A stretch of 32,000 bases of DNA from Candidatus Saccharimonadota bacterium (GTDB lineage Bacteria > Pseudomonadota > Gammaproteobacteria > Enterobacterales > Enterobacteriaceae), in the NCBI GenBank assembly GCA_041941795.1, contig CP145872.1:450001-482000 (forward strand), read 5' to 3'. This document shows, piece after piece, positions 1-9,650 of the stretch. Position 1 is the first letter of the stretch; every line of letters starts with the position of its first letter. The translations under genes and the position numbers were made by a program. The notes under the pieces are model-generated. The model saw nothing but the letters and a program-made list of their open reading frames with translations. It was not told the origin of the DNA and did not search any database.

Positions 1-551
1 TTATGGTAGGAGGCTCTACTAGAATTCCTCTTATCCGAAAAATGGTAAAAAATTTTTTTGGGTTAATTCCTCTTACATCAATTGATCCTGACAAAGTCGT
101 AGTTTTAGGAGCTGCTATTCATGCAGATTGCTTGGTAGGTAATAAGCCGGATCAAGAGATGTTATTATTAGATGTTATTCCATTATCGCTAGGCATAGAA
201 ACTTTAGGAGGAGGAGTAGAAAAAATTATTTATAGAAATACTCCTATACCTACTTCTAAAGTAAAATATTTTACTAATTTTCAGAAAGGACAAACTTCCA
301 TAATCATTCATGTCCTACAGGGAGAACGAGAACAAGTAATTAATTGTCGTTCTCTGGCACGCTTTACTTTAAGTGGTCTTCCTTATCTTGAGGCGGGACA
401 AGCATGCATGAAAGTCATTTTTCAGGTAGATGAAAACGGATTATTAAGAGTAACTGCTACTGAGCAAATTACTGGTACTACGGCCTCTATTAAACTAGAT
501 CCCACTTATGGATTAACAGATAGAGAAATGATTTCTATGATTCAGGAATAA
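1..551 (+). CDS. hscA: HscA (Hsp70-type Fe-S cluster chaperone), 5'-partial at the window edge; C-terminally short (no helical lid)
   Basis: Frame 3 is open from base 3 to TAA 549-551. [67 protein letters not shown] and [11 protein letters not shown] follow the order of the E. coli HscA ATPase end and beta-sandwich as I recall it. fdx follows, as in the isc operon. Confidence 0.9.
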   Translation, partial: MVGGSTRIPLIRKMVKNFFGLIPLTSIDPDKVVVLGAAIHADCLVGNKPDQEMLLLDVIPLSLGIETLGGGVEKIIYRNTPIPTSKVKYFTNFQKGQTSIIIHVLQGEREQVINCRSLARFTLSGLPYLEAGQACMKVIFQVDENGLLRVTATEQITGTTASIKLDPTYGLTDREMISMIQE

Positions 552-640
552 CATTTGAAATTAAGAAAAATATTAACCTTTTACATAAGACATAATATCT
601 CAATGGAAAATTTTTTCTCACTAAAACTAGGTATACGTTA

Positions 641-973
641 ATGCCTACTATTATTTTTTTACCTCATCATATATTAATACCAGAACAAATAAAAATTGAT
701 GCTGTAGTAGGAGAAAGTATCTTAGATGCAGCGTTACGTAATGGTATTCTAATAGAGCACGCTTGTGAAAGATCTTGTGCGTGTGCAACATGTCACTGTA
801 TAGTGCGAAAAGGTTTTGCATCTTTAATGAGTAAAAATGAAAATGAAGAAGATATGTTAGATAAAGCATGGGGATTAGAAGCAACGAGCAGATTAAGTTG
901 TCAGGCTAAGGTTACAAATCAAGATTTAGTAGTTGAAATTCCTAGATATAGTATAAACATACTATCAGAATAA
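641..973 (+). CDS. fdx: [2Fe-2S] ferredoxin of the ISC system
   Basis: 110 aa. [29 protein letters not shown] and [28 protein letters not shown] closely match recalled E. coli Fdx, including the Cys cluster. It lies directly downstream of hscA. Confidence 0.93.
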   Translation: MPTIIFLPHHILIPEQIKIDAVVGESILDAALRNGILIEHACERSCACATCHCIVRKGFASLMSKNENEEDMLDKAWGLEATSRLSCQAKVTNQDLVVEIPRYSINILSE

Positions 974-1032
974 CATTTTTCAGAAGTATTTGTGGATATA
1001 AACAATATATTGAGATTTTAACAGGTATCTAT

Positions 1033-1452
1033 ATGAGCAGAGAACGAACCTTGTCTATTATCAAACCTAATGCAGTATCTAAAAGAGTGATTGGCAAGAT
1101 TTATACCCGATTTGAGAATGCTGGTTTTATAATTATTGCGGCTAAAATGAAATCTCTTAATAGAGAGATGGCTCAGGAATTTTATAAAGAGCATAAAAAA
1201 AAATATTTTTTTGATAACTTGTTAAGTTTTATAACTTCTGGGCCTATTATGCTTTCTATATTACAGCGAGAAAATGCAGTTCAGTGTTTACGTGACTTAA
1301 TGGGATCTACTAATCCAGAGGATTCCCTAGCTGGTACGCTCAGAGCAGATTATGGTGATAGTATAATAGAAAATGCTGTCCATGGATCAGATTCGCTTGC
1401 TTCTGCGAATCGCGAAATTCAGTTATTTTTTAGTAAAAATGAAATTTTTTAG
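1033..1452 (+). CDS. ndk: Nucleoside diphosphate kinase
   Basis: 139 aa. [39 protein letters not shown] and NAVHGSDS (active-site His context) are collinear with E. coli Ndk. Confidence 0.95.
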   Translation: MSRERTLSIIKPNAVSKRVIGKIYTRFENAGFIIIAAKMKSLNREMAQEFYKEHKKKYFFDNLLSFITSGPIMLSILQRENAVQCLRDLMGSTNPEDSLAGTLRADYGDSIIENAVHGSDSLASANREIQLFFSKNEIF

Positions 1453-1610
1453 ATATTTTAAAGAAAAAAGTTTTGATAGATAAAAACCCTCTCTCTCCTC
1501 TCTGAGACTAACATCGTAGGGAATCGTAATTATAGTAGTAGTTTTGTTAAAAGGAATAATGAAAAATTTTTAAAATATCCTCAGTTTATTCACTAATATA
1601 AAAAAGCACT

Positions 1611-1645
1611 AAAAAAGTCACTAATTATTTAGTGACTTTTTTTTT
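1611..1645 (+). terminator. Rho-independent-type hairpin A6-GTCACTAA-TTAT-TTAGTGAC-T9; it is symmetric, so it could act in either direction
   Basis: Perfect 8-bp stem 1617-1624/1629-1636, 4-nt loop, T9 run 1637-1645, A6 run 1611-1616. It lies about 160 nt downstream of the ndk stop. Confidence 0.45.
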
Positions 1646-2042
1646 CTTGCTTTTAAAAAAAGTACATAGATATGTTCAATGCAGAGAGTATTATCCTATT
1701 TTAGGATATAAATGGCTTTATAAATGTTATTTTTAATCGTCCTTACTATATTGAAGGTTAAAACCATAATAAATTATGTAAAAAGTATAATTTTGCTGTT
1801 AATATTAATAAAAGCAAGAAAAAGTACTGGATAGATCTCTGTATTCTCAAAGAAGATAATTTTTTTTGCTGATATCTATAGATTTATCCTTAAACTAGAG
1901 ACTCCTAAATTTTAGGAATATTTGTTAATCCATTAAAATAAAAACAGATCTTAAGGAGAAGAATGGATTAAACAGGGAAAATAAAAAAATTTTTATAAAA
2001 AAACGATAGGTTACATATTATTACTTATACATATATAAAGAT

Positions 2043-3176
2043 ATGCATCGAGGTATAATAAGAATGTCTATGATATCATCTCTCCCACGTCGCCAATCTA
2101 AACCTATTTATGTAGGAAAAGTTCAAGTAGGAGGTAATTCACCTATTTCAGTTCAGTCTATGACCAATACTAGAACTACGGATATCAATCAAACGGTCGA
2201 ACAAATCAAAAGTTTAGAAAAAGGAGGGGTAGATATTGTTCGGATATCTATACCTAATATGGATGCAGCCGAAGCCTTTAAAAAAATTAGACAACAAATC
2301 ACACTTCCTTTAGTAGCGGATATTCATTTTGATTATCGTCTTGCATTAAAAGTAGCCGAATATGGGGTGGATTGCTTACGCATTAATCCTGGTAATATTG
2401 GTAATGAAGCAAGAATTAGGCAAGTTATTGATTGTGCTAAAGATAAACATCTTCCCATTAGAATAGGCATTAACTCAGGTTCTCTAGAAAAAGATTTGCT
2501 CAGTAAATATATATCAAAACCTTCCGCCCACATCTTGCTAGAATCTGCATTACGAAATGTAGAGTTTTTTGACAAAATGAATTTTGAAGAATTTAAAGTG
2601 AGTATCAAATCTTCCGATGTTTTGCTCACTGTGGAATGCTATCGTCTTCTTGCCAAACAGATTAAGCAACCCTTACATTTAGGCATTACCGAAGCGGGTG
2701 GAGCAAGAGCGGGAACGGTTAAATCCTCCATAGGATTAGGAATTTTATTAGCGGAAGGAATTGGTGATACATTGCGAGTCTCCTTAGCGGCCGATCCCGT
2801 AGAAGAAGTAAAAGTAGGTTTTGATATTCTTAGGTCACTACGTCTTCGTTCACGTGGAATTAATTTTATAGCCTGTCCAACATGTTCTCGACAAGAATTT
2901 GATGTTATCGGTACAGTTAAGGAGTTAGAAAAACGCTTAGAAGACATAGTCACTCCGATGGATGTATCTATTATTGGATGTGTTGTAAATGGCCTTGGTG
3001 AAGCTAAAAAATCTACTCTGGGAGTAGCAGGAGGAAAGAAAAATAGAATTTATGAAGATGGATTATTAATCCAGGATGGATTAGATCCGAATCAGTTAAT
3101 TGATGTTCTTGAAAAAAAGATACGTGCTAAAGCGTCTATACTTGCTATAAAAATGAAAAATGGAAAAGAATTGTGA
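2043..3176 (+). CDS. ispG: 4-hydroxy-3-methylbut-2-enyl diphosphate synthase (MEP pathway)
   Basis: 377 aa. [32 protein letters not shown] is near-identical in pattern to the E. coli IspG N-terminus. C-terminal CPTCSR and GCVVNG Fe-S motifs are present. The exact start (2043 or a nearby ATG) is uncertain. Confidence 0.95.
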   Translation: MHRGIIRMSMISSLPRRQSKPIYVGKVQVGGNSPISVQSMTNTRTTDINQTVEQIKSLEKGGVDIVRISIPNMDAAEAFKKIRQQITLPLVADIHFDYRLALKVAEYGVDCLRINPGNIGNEARIRQVIDCAKDKHLPIRIGINSGSLEKDLLSKYISKPSAHILLESALRNVEFFDKMNFEEFKVSIKSSDVLLTVECYRLLAKQIKQPLHLGITEAGGARAGTVKSSIGLGILLAEGIGDTLRVSLAADPVEEVKVGFDILRSLRLRSRGINFIACPTCSRQEFDVIGTVKELEKRLEDIVTPMDVSIIGCVVNGLGEAKKSTLGVAGGKKNRIYEDGLLIQDGLDPNQLIDVLEKKIRAKASILAIKMKNGKEL

Positions 3177-4459
3177 AGCACAAACACATTCAATCTGTGC
3201 GGGGCATGAAGGATTATCTTCCCGAAGAAATTAAATTGTGGCAGAAGATAGAAAACATGATTATTCAAATCTTGCATAGTTATGGGTATAATGAAATTAG
3301 ATTACCTATTCTAGAATCTACAGATCTTTTTTATCGAGTGATAGGTAAATTAACTGATGTAGTAGAAAAAGAAATGTATACTTTTGATGATCGCCATGGA
3401 GATAGTTTAACACTTCGACCCGAAGGAACTGCAGGATGTGTTCGAGCAGGAATAGAATCAGGACTCTTATATAATCAGGAACAACGGTGGTGGTATTATG
3501 GACCTATGTTTCGCCGTGAACGTCCCCAAAAAGGGCGTCATAGACAGTTTTATCAAATAGGAGTGGAAATTTTTGGGTTAGACGGAGCTAATATTGAAGT
3601 TGAACTTATTCTGTTAGCTTCTAGATGGTGGCGGAGATTAGGAATAATGGATAATCTTCAATTAGAGCTGAATACATTAGGTTCTTTTGATTCTCGTCAA
3701 CGTTACCGAACATCTTTAGTCACTTTTTTAAAAAAAAATTTAAGTTTTTTGGATGATGATAGTATCCGTCGTCTAGATTCTAATCCCCTCCGTATATTAG
3801 ATAGTAAAAATAATCAAGTTAAAATGATCCTCCGTGAGGCTCCTATTCTTAGGGAATATCTTGATCAAGAATCTCAAGAACATTTTTCAAAATTGTGTAA
3901 TGTACTGGATAAAATGAACATTAATTATAGAATTAATCCCTTCTTAGTTCGAGGTCTCGATTATTACAATAGTACGGTATTTGAGTGGGTATCTAATCTA
4001 GGATCCCAAGGTACTGTATGTGCGGGAGGAAGATATGATCAATTAGTAAAGGAATTAGGGGGATATAAAACTCCCGCTGTAGGCTTTGCTATGGGCATGG
4101 AACGTTTAGTACTTATGGTAAAAGAAATCCACTCTCCATGGAGTTCATTAGTGAATCATGATAAAATAGATATTTATTTGGTTTGTTATGGAGCACCCCA
4201 TGTTAAAAGAGAAGCTCTCATATTAGCAGAACGAATAAGAGACTATATGCCCAAAATAAGATTACGTACGCACTTAGGGTCCGGTAATTTTAAAAAACAG
4301 TTTTCTTATGCAAATAAATATGGAGCCCGTCTTGCTTTAGCTTTAGGAGAACTAGAGGTAGAGCACCAGCGTGTAATAATAAAAATTTTACATACTGGTG
4401 AACAAAAAATAGTAGATCAAAAAGATGTTCCTAATTTTCTATCACAGTTATTAGTTTAA
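3173..4459 (+). CDS. hisS: Histidine--tRNA ligase
   Basis: 428 aa. [53 protein letters not shown] and FAMGMERL are class II HisRS motifs. The GTG start at 3173 overlaps the ispG TGA (GTGA, 4-nt overlap). Confidence 0.95.
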   Translation: MKHKHIQSVRGMKDYLPEEIKLWQKIENMIIQILHSYGYNEIRLPILESTDLFYRVIGKLTDVVEKEMYTFDDRHGDSLTLRPEGTAGCVRAGIESGLLYNQEQRWWYYGPMFRRERPQKGRHRQFYQIGVEIFGLDGANIEVELILLASRWWRRLGIMDNLQLELNTLGSFDSRQRYRTSLVTFLKKNLSFLDDDSIRRLDSNPLRILDSKNNQVKMILREAPILREYLDQESQEHFSKLCNVLDKMNINYRINPFLVRGLDYYNSTVFEWVSNLGSQGTVCAGGRYDQLVKELGGYKTPAVGFAMGMERLVLMVKEIHSPWSSLVNHDKIDIYLVCYGAPHVKREALILAERIRDYMPKIRLRTHLGSGNFKKQFSYANKYGARLALALGELEVEHQRVIIKILHTGEQKIVDQKDVPNFLSQLLV

Positions 4460-4530
4460 TCTCCAATCCAGAAAAATAACGCAGATAAATAATATTGTTT
4501 AACCCACTCTAAGGAATCGTATCATTACAA

Positions 4531-5109
4531 ATGAGGATCAAGTATCGTATTATTTTTAGTTTATTTATCCTAATTTTAGGAGGTTTATTTATTGTTATTA
4601 GCTGGAAACAATATCAAATATATAAAATACAAAAAATTTCCGAGAAATATCAATACCATATAGATCGTCTCAATGAAGATCCTACCGTTTTTACTTTAAA
4701 ATCTACAGAAGATTTTAAACACGAGAACCAACAAAATATTTATGGAACCTTGGTATCATTTATGTTAGCGAATAAATATATTATAAATAATAATTTACCA
4801 GAAGCATCCAGCTCCTTACAGTTCAAAACATGTTATTCGGATAAAATAATAAAAAATCTTTGTAGTTTGCGATTATCCCGAATTCAATTACATCAAGGAA
4901 AGATAGATAAATTTCTTAACACAGTAAATCAGATAAATACTAATTCATTTTCATGGTCGGCTATAATAGCAGATTTGCAAGGAAACGCCATGATAGAAAA
5001 AGGAAATATTAATCAAGCATTACGTTTTTGGCATGAAGCAATGAAAGAATCAACTCTACCTTTCATGAGATATCTTATTAAAATGAAAATAAAATATTTT
5101 AGTCTTTAG
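4531..5109 (+). CDS. yfgM: YfgM-like membrane-anchored TPR-like protein (ancillary SecYEG/periplasmic chaperone network protein)
   Basis: 192 aa with an N-terminal TM segment (IIFSLFILILGGLFIVISW). NIYGTLVSFMLANKYI, LRLSRIQL, WSAIIADLQGNAMIEKGN and IKMKIKYFS are collinear with recalled E. coli YfgM (NTYGALASLELAQQFV, LRLARVQV, WAAIVADLRGEALLSKGD, MQMKINNLS). It sits in the hisS-yfgM-(bamB)-der position. Confidence 0.75.
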   Translation: MRIKYRIIFSLFILILGGLFIVISWKQYQIYKIQKISEKYQYHIDRLNEDPTVFTLKSTEDFKHENQQNIYGTLVSFMLANKYIINNNLPEASSSLQFKTCYSDKIIKNLCSLRLSRIQLHQGKIDKFLNTVNQINTNSFSWSAIIADLQGNAMIEKGNINQALRFWHEAMKESTLPFMRYLIKMKIKYFSL

Positions 5110-5217
5110 CTGTTATCTATAAAAAAGCACAATACTAAAACATTACATTTTTACTATTTACTCCCACAACTTAACTATGATTTATGTTTCTATTTTAAGA
5201 GAAAAAATGAGAAAAAT

Positions 5218-6647
5218 ATGATACCTATCATCACGCTGTTAGGACGTCCTAATGTAGGCAAATCTACCTTATTTAATAGAATGACTGGAAGAAATGTTTT
5301 AGTAGCTAATATACCAAATCTAACACGTGATCGACAATATGGTCATATGACTATTCGAGATCAGACGTTTATGATTGTAGATACCGGTGGAATAGATGAG
5401 ATTAACAAAGGATTTTCAGAAAAAGATATGCTTTATAAAGAAATTGGGGCACAAGTGTTTCAGGCCATTGAACAAGCACATCTTATACTACTAATAGTAG
5501 ATGCTCGTGTAGGAATAATGCCAGGTGATATTTATCTTACTAAGATAGTAAAGGCTAAAAAAAAAATTTCTTTATAGTAGTGAATAAAATAGATGGTTTG
5601 ATCTCTCCAAATTATATAGGATCTGAATTTTATTCCTTAGGACTCAAACAACTTAATTTCATTGCAGCTTCTCATGGTACTGGAATGGATCAATTATCAA
5701 AAAATATTTTAGTGTGGTATCGAAATCATGAGAAAGAAATTAACCAATCTTATCATCCTAATGATGATCAAAACATTACTGACTACCATGAGTCGGAAGA
5801 AGAGGATAATCTAAAATCTAGGCTGAAATTTGCTATTGTAGGACGTCCTAATGTAGGCAAATCTACTTTAACTAATCGAATTCTAGGTGAACGAAGAGTT
5901 ATAGTATTCAATAAGCCGGGAACAACCAGAGATTGTATCTCTATACCCATAGAATGGAAAGGTATTAAGTATACATTAATTGATACTGCGGGAGTGAAAA
6001 AAATTTATAAAATTAATAATTTTAGTGAAAAAATTTTTTTAATAAAAACTTTACAGATTATTAAACAAGTAAATGTAGTAGTTATGGTTTTGGATGCACA
6101 TTTAGGACTTCATCTTCAAGATAGTTCATTAGTAAATTTTATTACTAAGAGTGGACGGGGAATAGTTTTGGTAGTGAATAAATGGGATCTTTTATCCTGG
6201 CGAGAAAAAAATAAATTTAGAGAGAGATTATCCTCTCGTTGGTCTTCAATTAAAATGGATCGTATCCATTTTATTTCTGCTTTATCCTCTCCAGATAAAG
6301 ATATTAAAGTAATTTTACATTCGGTAAGAGAATCATATCAGGATTCTATTAAACACATAAGTAGTTCACTTCTATCTCGTATTATGAAAAATGCTATTAA
6401 AGAACATAAACCGCCTACTATATGTGGTCGGTCAGTTAAGATGAAATACGCCCATATGGGAGGAAAAAATCCACCCATTGTAGTTATTCATGGAAATAAA
6501 GTTAAAGAAATTCCACATACCTATAAAAATTATCTAGTGAATTATTTTCGTCGTGCATTAAAAATGCTTAGTACGCCTGTTCGCATTTTCTTTAAAGAAA
6601 GCAAGAATCCTTTTGTGAAAAAACATAAAAAGAATTCACGTAAATAA
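5218..6647 (+). pseudogene. der: Der/EngA double GTPase. The reading frame is broken once inside an A10 run (ORFs 5218-5577 and 5580-6647); one extra A would give a single 476-aa protein. It is possibly functional via transcriptional slippage.
   Basis: Two GRPNVGKSTL P-loops, DTGG/DTAG, NKIDG and NKWD motifs, and a KH-like C-terminus. The first frame stops at TAG 5575-5577. The second frame (FFIVVNKIDG) is closed upstream by TAA 5556-5558, so the join must lie in A10 5557-5566. Confidence 0.9.
5557..5566 (+). repeat. A10 homopolymer at the der frameshift
   Basis: Counted directly: ggctAAAAAAAAAAtttc. Confidence 0.95.
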
Positions 6648-6660
6648 AAATATTGTGATT

Positions 6661-8064
6661 TTATTCTCCGGAGTGGTAAATATTGGCCATTGGAAAGTGA
6701 AGATTATGTTCAGAAAGATGCTTATTAGAAATATAATAACTAGTGATTTTACATATTACATAACCGTCTAAAAATATTACTTTGATAGTATCCTTATTTT
6801 TCAGTTGAGCGATATTTGTAATAAGTATATTATCACTCATTGTCATACTATACCCTCTAGTCAATGTATTACGAGGACTCAAAACTTCCAGTTGTGAAAC
6901 TATAGATAGTATTTTATGACGATGGCTGCTTAAGATTCCATTCATTATTTTGAGCAATTTATATTGTAATTGTTGTAATTTATATTTTGCAATATCAATA
7001 ATGCTCGGAATATGAGAACTAAAAAGACGTTTCTCAGTATATGTTTGTCTATTAAATGATAGGTTAATTTTTTTAAAGATTAAATCATATATTTGACGAA
7101 AGATTTTATTTAAACAGGTACCCTGACGTAAAACATATAACTGTGGATGGTATCGCTGAAGATTATAATTAAGATCAGTAAAACGATTTTGTTGCTTGTC
7201 TAAGCAATGTTGGATTGCTATTTCAAGACCTTTTTTATGAAGGTGTATCTGTCGTAATAATTCAATATTATTGCGACTCACTATTTCAGCAGCGGCAGAT
7301 GGAGTTGGTGCACGTAGATCAGATACTAAATCTGCAATAGTAATATCCGTCTCATGTCCTATAGCACTGACTATAGGGATCGTACTGGCAAAAATCGCTC
7401 GAGCTACCTTTTCATCATTAAAACACCATAAATCTTCTAACGATCCTCCTCCCCGGCCTAGGATTAATACATCACATTCCTTACGTATATTTGCAAGTTC
7501 AATAGCTCCTATAACACTAGAAGGAGCAGTATCACCTTGTACTATCGCGGGATAAATAACTACAGGTAATAAAGGATCCCGTCTTTTCAGTATTCGTAAC
7601 ATATCATAAAGAGCTGCACCAGTTGTAGAGGTAATAAGACCTACCTGATTAGCGGGTCGTGGTAATGATTTTTTAAAATGTTGTGCAAATAATCCTTCTG
7701 ACGATAATATTGTTCGAAGTTGTTCATACTGTTGATGTAATAATCCATCGCCAATTTGATGGATACTTTCTCCTATTAATTGTAAATCTCCTCTAGATTC
7801 ATAGATCGTAATAGTGGCATGTATTAATATTTGCTGTCCATTACGGGGACAAAAGGACATGGTCCGATTATAACTACGAAATATTACACAACGTATTTGA
7901 GATGCATGGTCCTTTAGAGTAAAATACCAATGACCAGATGAAGGTTGAGAAAAATTAGAAACTTCAGCAGTTAACCAAATGGGTCCTATTTGATCCTTTA
8001 GTAGTTGGTGAAGTTTTTTATTGAAATTGGTCACAGTAAATACTGTTAAAGAAATAGGACTCAT
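6661..8064 (-). CDS. xseA: Exodeoxyribonuclease VII large subunit
   Basis: 467 aa. FTVTNFNKKLHQLL...IWLTAEVSNFSQPSSGHWYFTLKD..SQIRCVIFR matches the N-terminal OB-fold region of E. coli XseA. It is convergent with der. Confidence 0.9.
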   Translation of the reverse strand: MSPISLTVFTVTNFNKKLHQLLKDQIGPIWLTAEVSNFSQPSSGHWYFTLKDHASQIRCVIFRSYNRTMSFCPRNGQQILIHATITIYESRGDLQLIGESIHQIGDGLLHQQYEQLRTILSSEGLFAQHFKKSLPRPANQVGLITSTTGAALYDMLRILKRRDPLLPVVIYPAIVQGDTAPSSVIGAIELANIRKECDVLILGRGGGSLEDLWCFNDEKVARAIFASTIPIVSAIGHETDITIADLVSDLRAPTPSAAAEIVSRNNIELLRQIHLHKKGLEIAIQHCLDKQQNRFTDLNYNLQRYHPQLYVLRQGTCLNKIFRQIYDLIFKKINLSFNRQTYTEKRLFSSHIPSIIDIAKYKLQQLQYKLLKIMNGILSSHRHKILSIVSQLEVLSPRNTLTRGYSMTMSDNILITNIAQLKNKDTIKVIFLDGYVICKITSYYISNKHLSEHNLHFPMANIYHSGE

Positions 8065-8361
8065 TTTAAATAATAAGAAACTAGTGGCAAATCACTATCC
8101 TATATTATTTTTCTCTTCCAAGCAAGAATTTATTTAAAAATAAAACTCTGTAAAGCGTAAATTTATCTTATACCAGAACAAAAATAAAGACCATTTATTC
8201 GTACTCTTCAAAATCAAAAGATTCAATAAACTTAATTTATATTGTGAGCATAACCAGGAGGAATCATCATGTAATTTTTATTAAATGGTAGTAAAAAAAA
8301 TAAGAATAAAATTCCAGTTGATTTATTATCGTAATTAATTGAAAACAAACTATTGTTTTAA

Positions 8362-8393
8362 TTTAAACGAAAGCCCCCGCAAAATTCGGGGGC
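8362..8393 (-). terminator. Rho-independent terminator of ompA
   Basis: GC-rich 7-bp stem GCCCCCG (8373-8379) / CGGGGGC (8387-8393) with a 7-nt loop. On the minus strand it is followed by TTTCGTTTAAA. It lies about 25 nt past the ompA stop and stands out in AT-rich DNA. Confidence 0.6.
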
Positions 8394-8419
8394 AATTTTA
8401 TGAAGTTATTAGACGAGAA

Positions 8420-9511
8420 TTAAATATCTATTTTTGGTATGTTAATATTTTTAATACCTTTAACTTTTATTTCTACGCGACGATCGGGCGCTAAACAACG
8501 AATTAATATGGAATGATGGTGGAGAAAATCACAATTTTTTCCGGTCACAGAATTTATTGAACCCTTTCCACGTATAGAGATCTTTTCCGGGTCAATTCCT
8601 TTTGCGATTAGATAATTAGCTACAGATTGAGCTCTTTTTTCAGATAACATCTGATTATATTCAAGCGATCCGATCCGGTCAGAATAACCTACTACTATGA
8701 TAGTACTACTATTTTGAGAATCTAAAGCTTGGATCTTGTAATACAATTGATTTAGTTCTTGCTTGCCTACTGTTGTAAGATCCGATTGATCAAATTTAAA
8801 TAAAACATCAGACTTGATACTAAAATGTTTATTGTCGAATCCAGGACGAATCAATTTTTCATATGTGCTTGAGATTGGTACTTCAGGTTCTACAACGTTA
8901 TGATTTAAATAGTAAGTAATACCTAAGCTTAGCATGCTATTGTCAGGATGAGTACCTACGGTATGTAAATCTCCTAGTTTATTTACCAACTGATAATCTA
9001 AACGAGTAACGATTTTTTTAGATAACGCATACTCAACCCCTATGGCTCCTAAAGGAGCAAAACCATTTTTATAGTCATGGATATGTCCCCATACGGGATT
9101 GTCTTGGGAAGAATCTGCTCTCCAAATCATACCTCCTACACGGGTATATATATCAAATTTATCAGTAATCGGATAATTAAGTTTCGTGGTTAGTTCAATG
9201 CCATAAGCTTTGAAAGATCCCTTAATTAACTTTCCTGCATTCTGCATACGACCTAGCCAATCGTAACCTAATTCAAATCCTACATTAGGAGTCACCTGAT
9301 AGCCAAAAATAGAACTGAAGGCAGGTGGATTTTTATATGTTGGACCATCGTTATTAATATAACCATTTCCATGGTAACCTGGATCGTAGTACTGAGACCA
9401 TCCTAATCTAGTGCCTGTATACCAAGTATTCTCTTGAACAGCAGAACTTGCTATACCACTATATACTGCTAGTGCCACTACTGTAAATGTAATAGCTAGT
9501 TGTCTTTTCAT
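8420..9511 (-). CDS. ompA: Outer membrane protein A (beta-barrel plus peptidoglycan-binding OmpA_C domain)
   Basis: Signal peptide MKRQLAITFTVVALAV...; NTWYTGTRLGWSQY, GFELGYDWLGRM, IYTRVGGMIWRAD, PDNSMLSLGITY, HFSIKSDVLFKFD, VVGYSDRIGS..YNQMLSEKRAQSV and CLAPDRRVEIKVKG are nearly collinear with E. coli OmpA. I place the start at ATG 9509-9511 (GAGG 6 nt upstream) rather than the TTG at 9535 used by the ORF track. Confidence 0.93.
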   Translation of the reverse strand: MKRQLAITFTVVALAVYSGIASSAVQENTWYTGTRLGWSQYYDPGYHGNGYINNDGPTYKNPPAFSSIFGYQVTPNVGFELGYDWLGRMQNAGKLIKGSFKAYGIELTTKLNYPITDKFDIYTRVGGMIWRADSSQDNPVWGHIHDYKNGFAPLGAIGVEYALSKKIVTRLDYQLVNKLGDLHTVGTHPDNSMLSLGITYYLNHNVVEPEVPISSTYEKLIRPGFDNKHFSIKSDVLFKFDQSDLTTVGKQELNQLYYKIQALDSQNSSTIIVVGYSDRIGSLEYNQMLSEKRAQSVANYLIAKGIDPEKISIRGKGSINSVTGKNCDFLHHHSILIRCLAPDRRVEIKVKGIKNINIPKIDI

Positions 9512-9650
9512 TTTGTGCCTCATTCTTATCCACAATCGGATATAAAGCTTTTAGCTTGCAGCTATTAACGGTTTTGTTGTTCGCTAGGGTAATAAACCTG
9601 CGAATTACATTTATATTATTCACTGTAGAGATAGACAGGATCTAATAAAA
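9512..9650 (-). promoter_or_regulatory. Probable long ompA 5' UTR (mRNA-stabilising leader)
   Basis: The reverse complement ends ...CCGATTGTGGATAAGAATGAGGCACAAAATG. This resembles the 3' end of the E. coli ompA leader as I recall it (...TTTTGGATGATAACGAGGCGCAAAAAATG). The upstream boundary and promoter were not determined. Confidence 0.35.

Noticed and set aside
1957-2019. A frame reading DLKEKNGLNRENKKIFIKKR-stop ends 23 bp before ispG. This could be a RodZ C-terminal relic (E. coli ..VDLSRFIRTNQVARLTL..).
   Set aside because: Only D-L, one N and a few conservative positions match, which is indistinguishable from chance in Lys/Asn-rich AT-biased translation.
9526-9534. Perfect DnaA-box consensus TTATCCACA on the plus strand.
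   Set aside because: It is a single box with no cluster of further boxes, AT-rich 13-mers or GATC sites nearby. It falls inside the conserved ompA leader (reverse complement TGTGGATAA aligns with the E. coli leader GGATGATAA), so it is most simply a chance by-product and not an origin.
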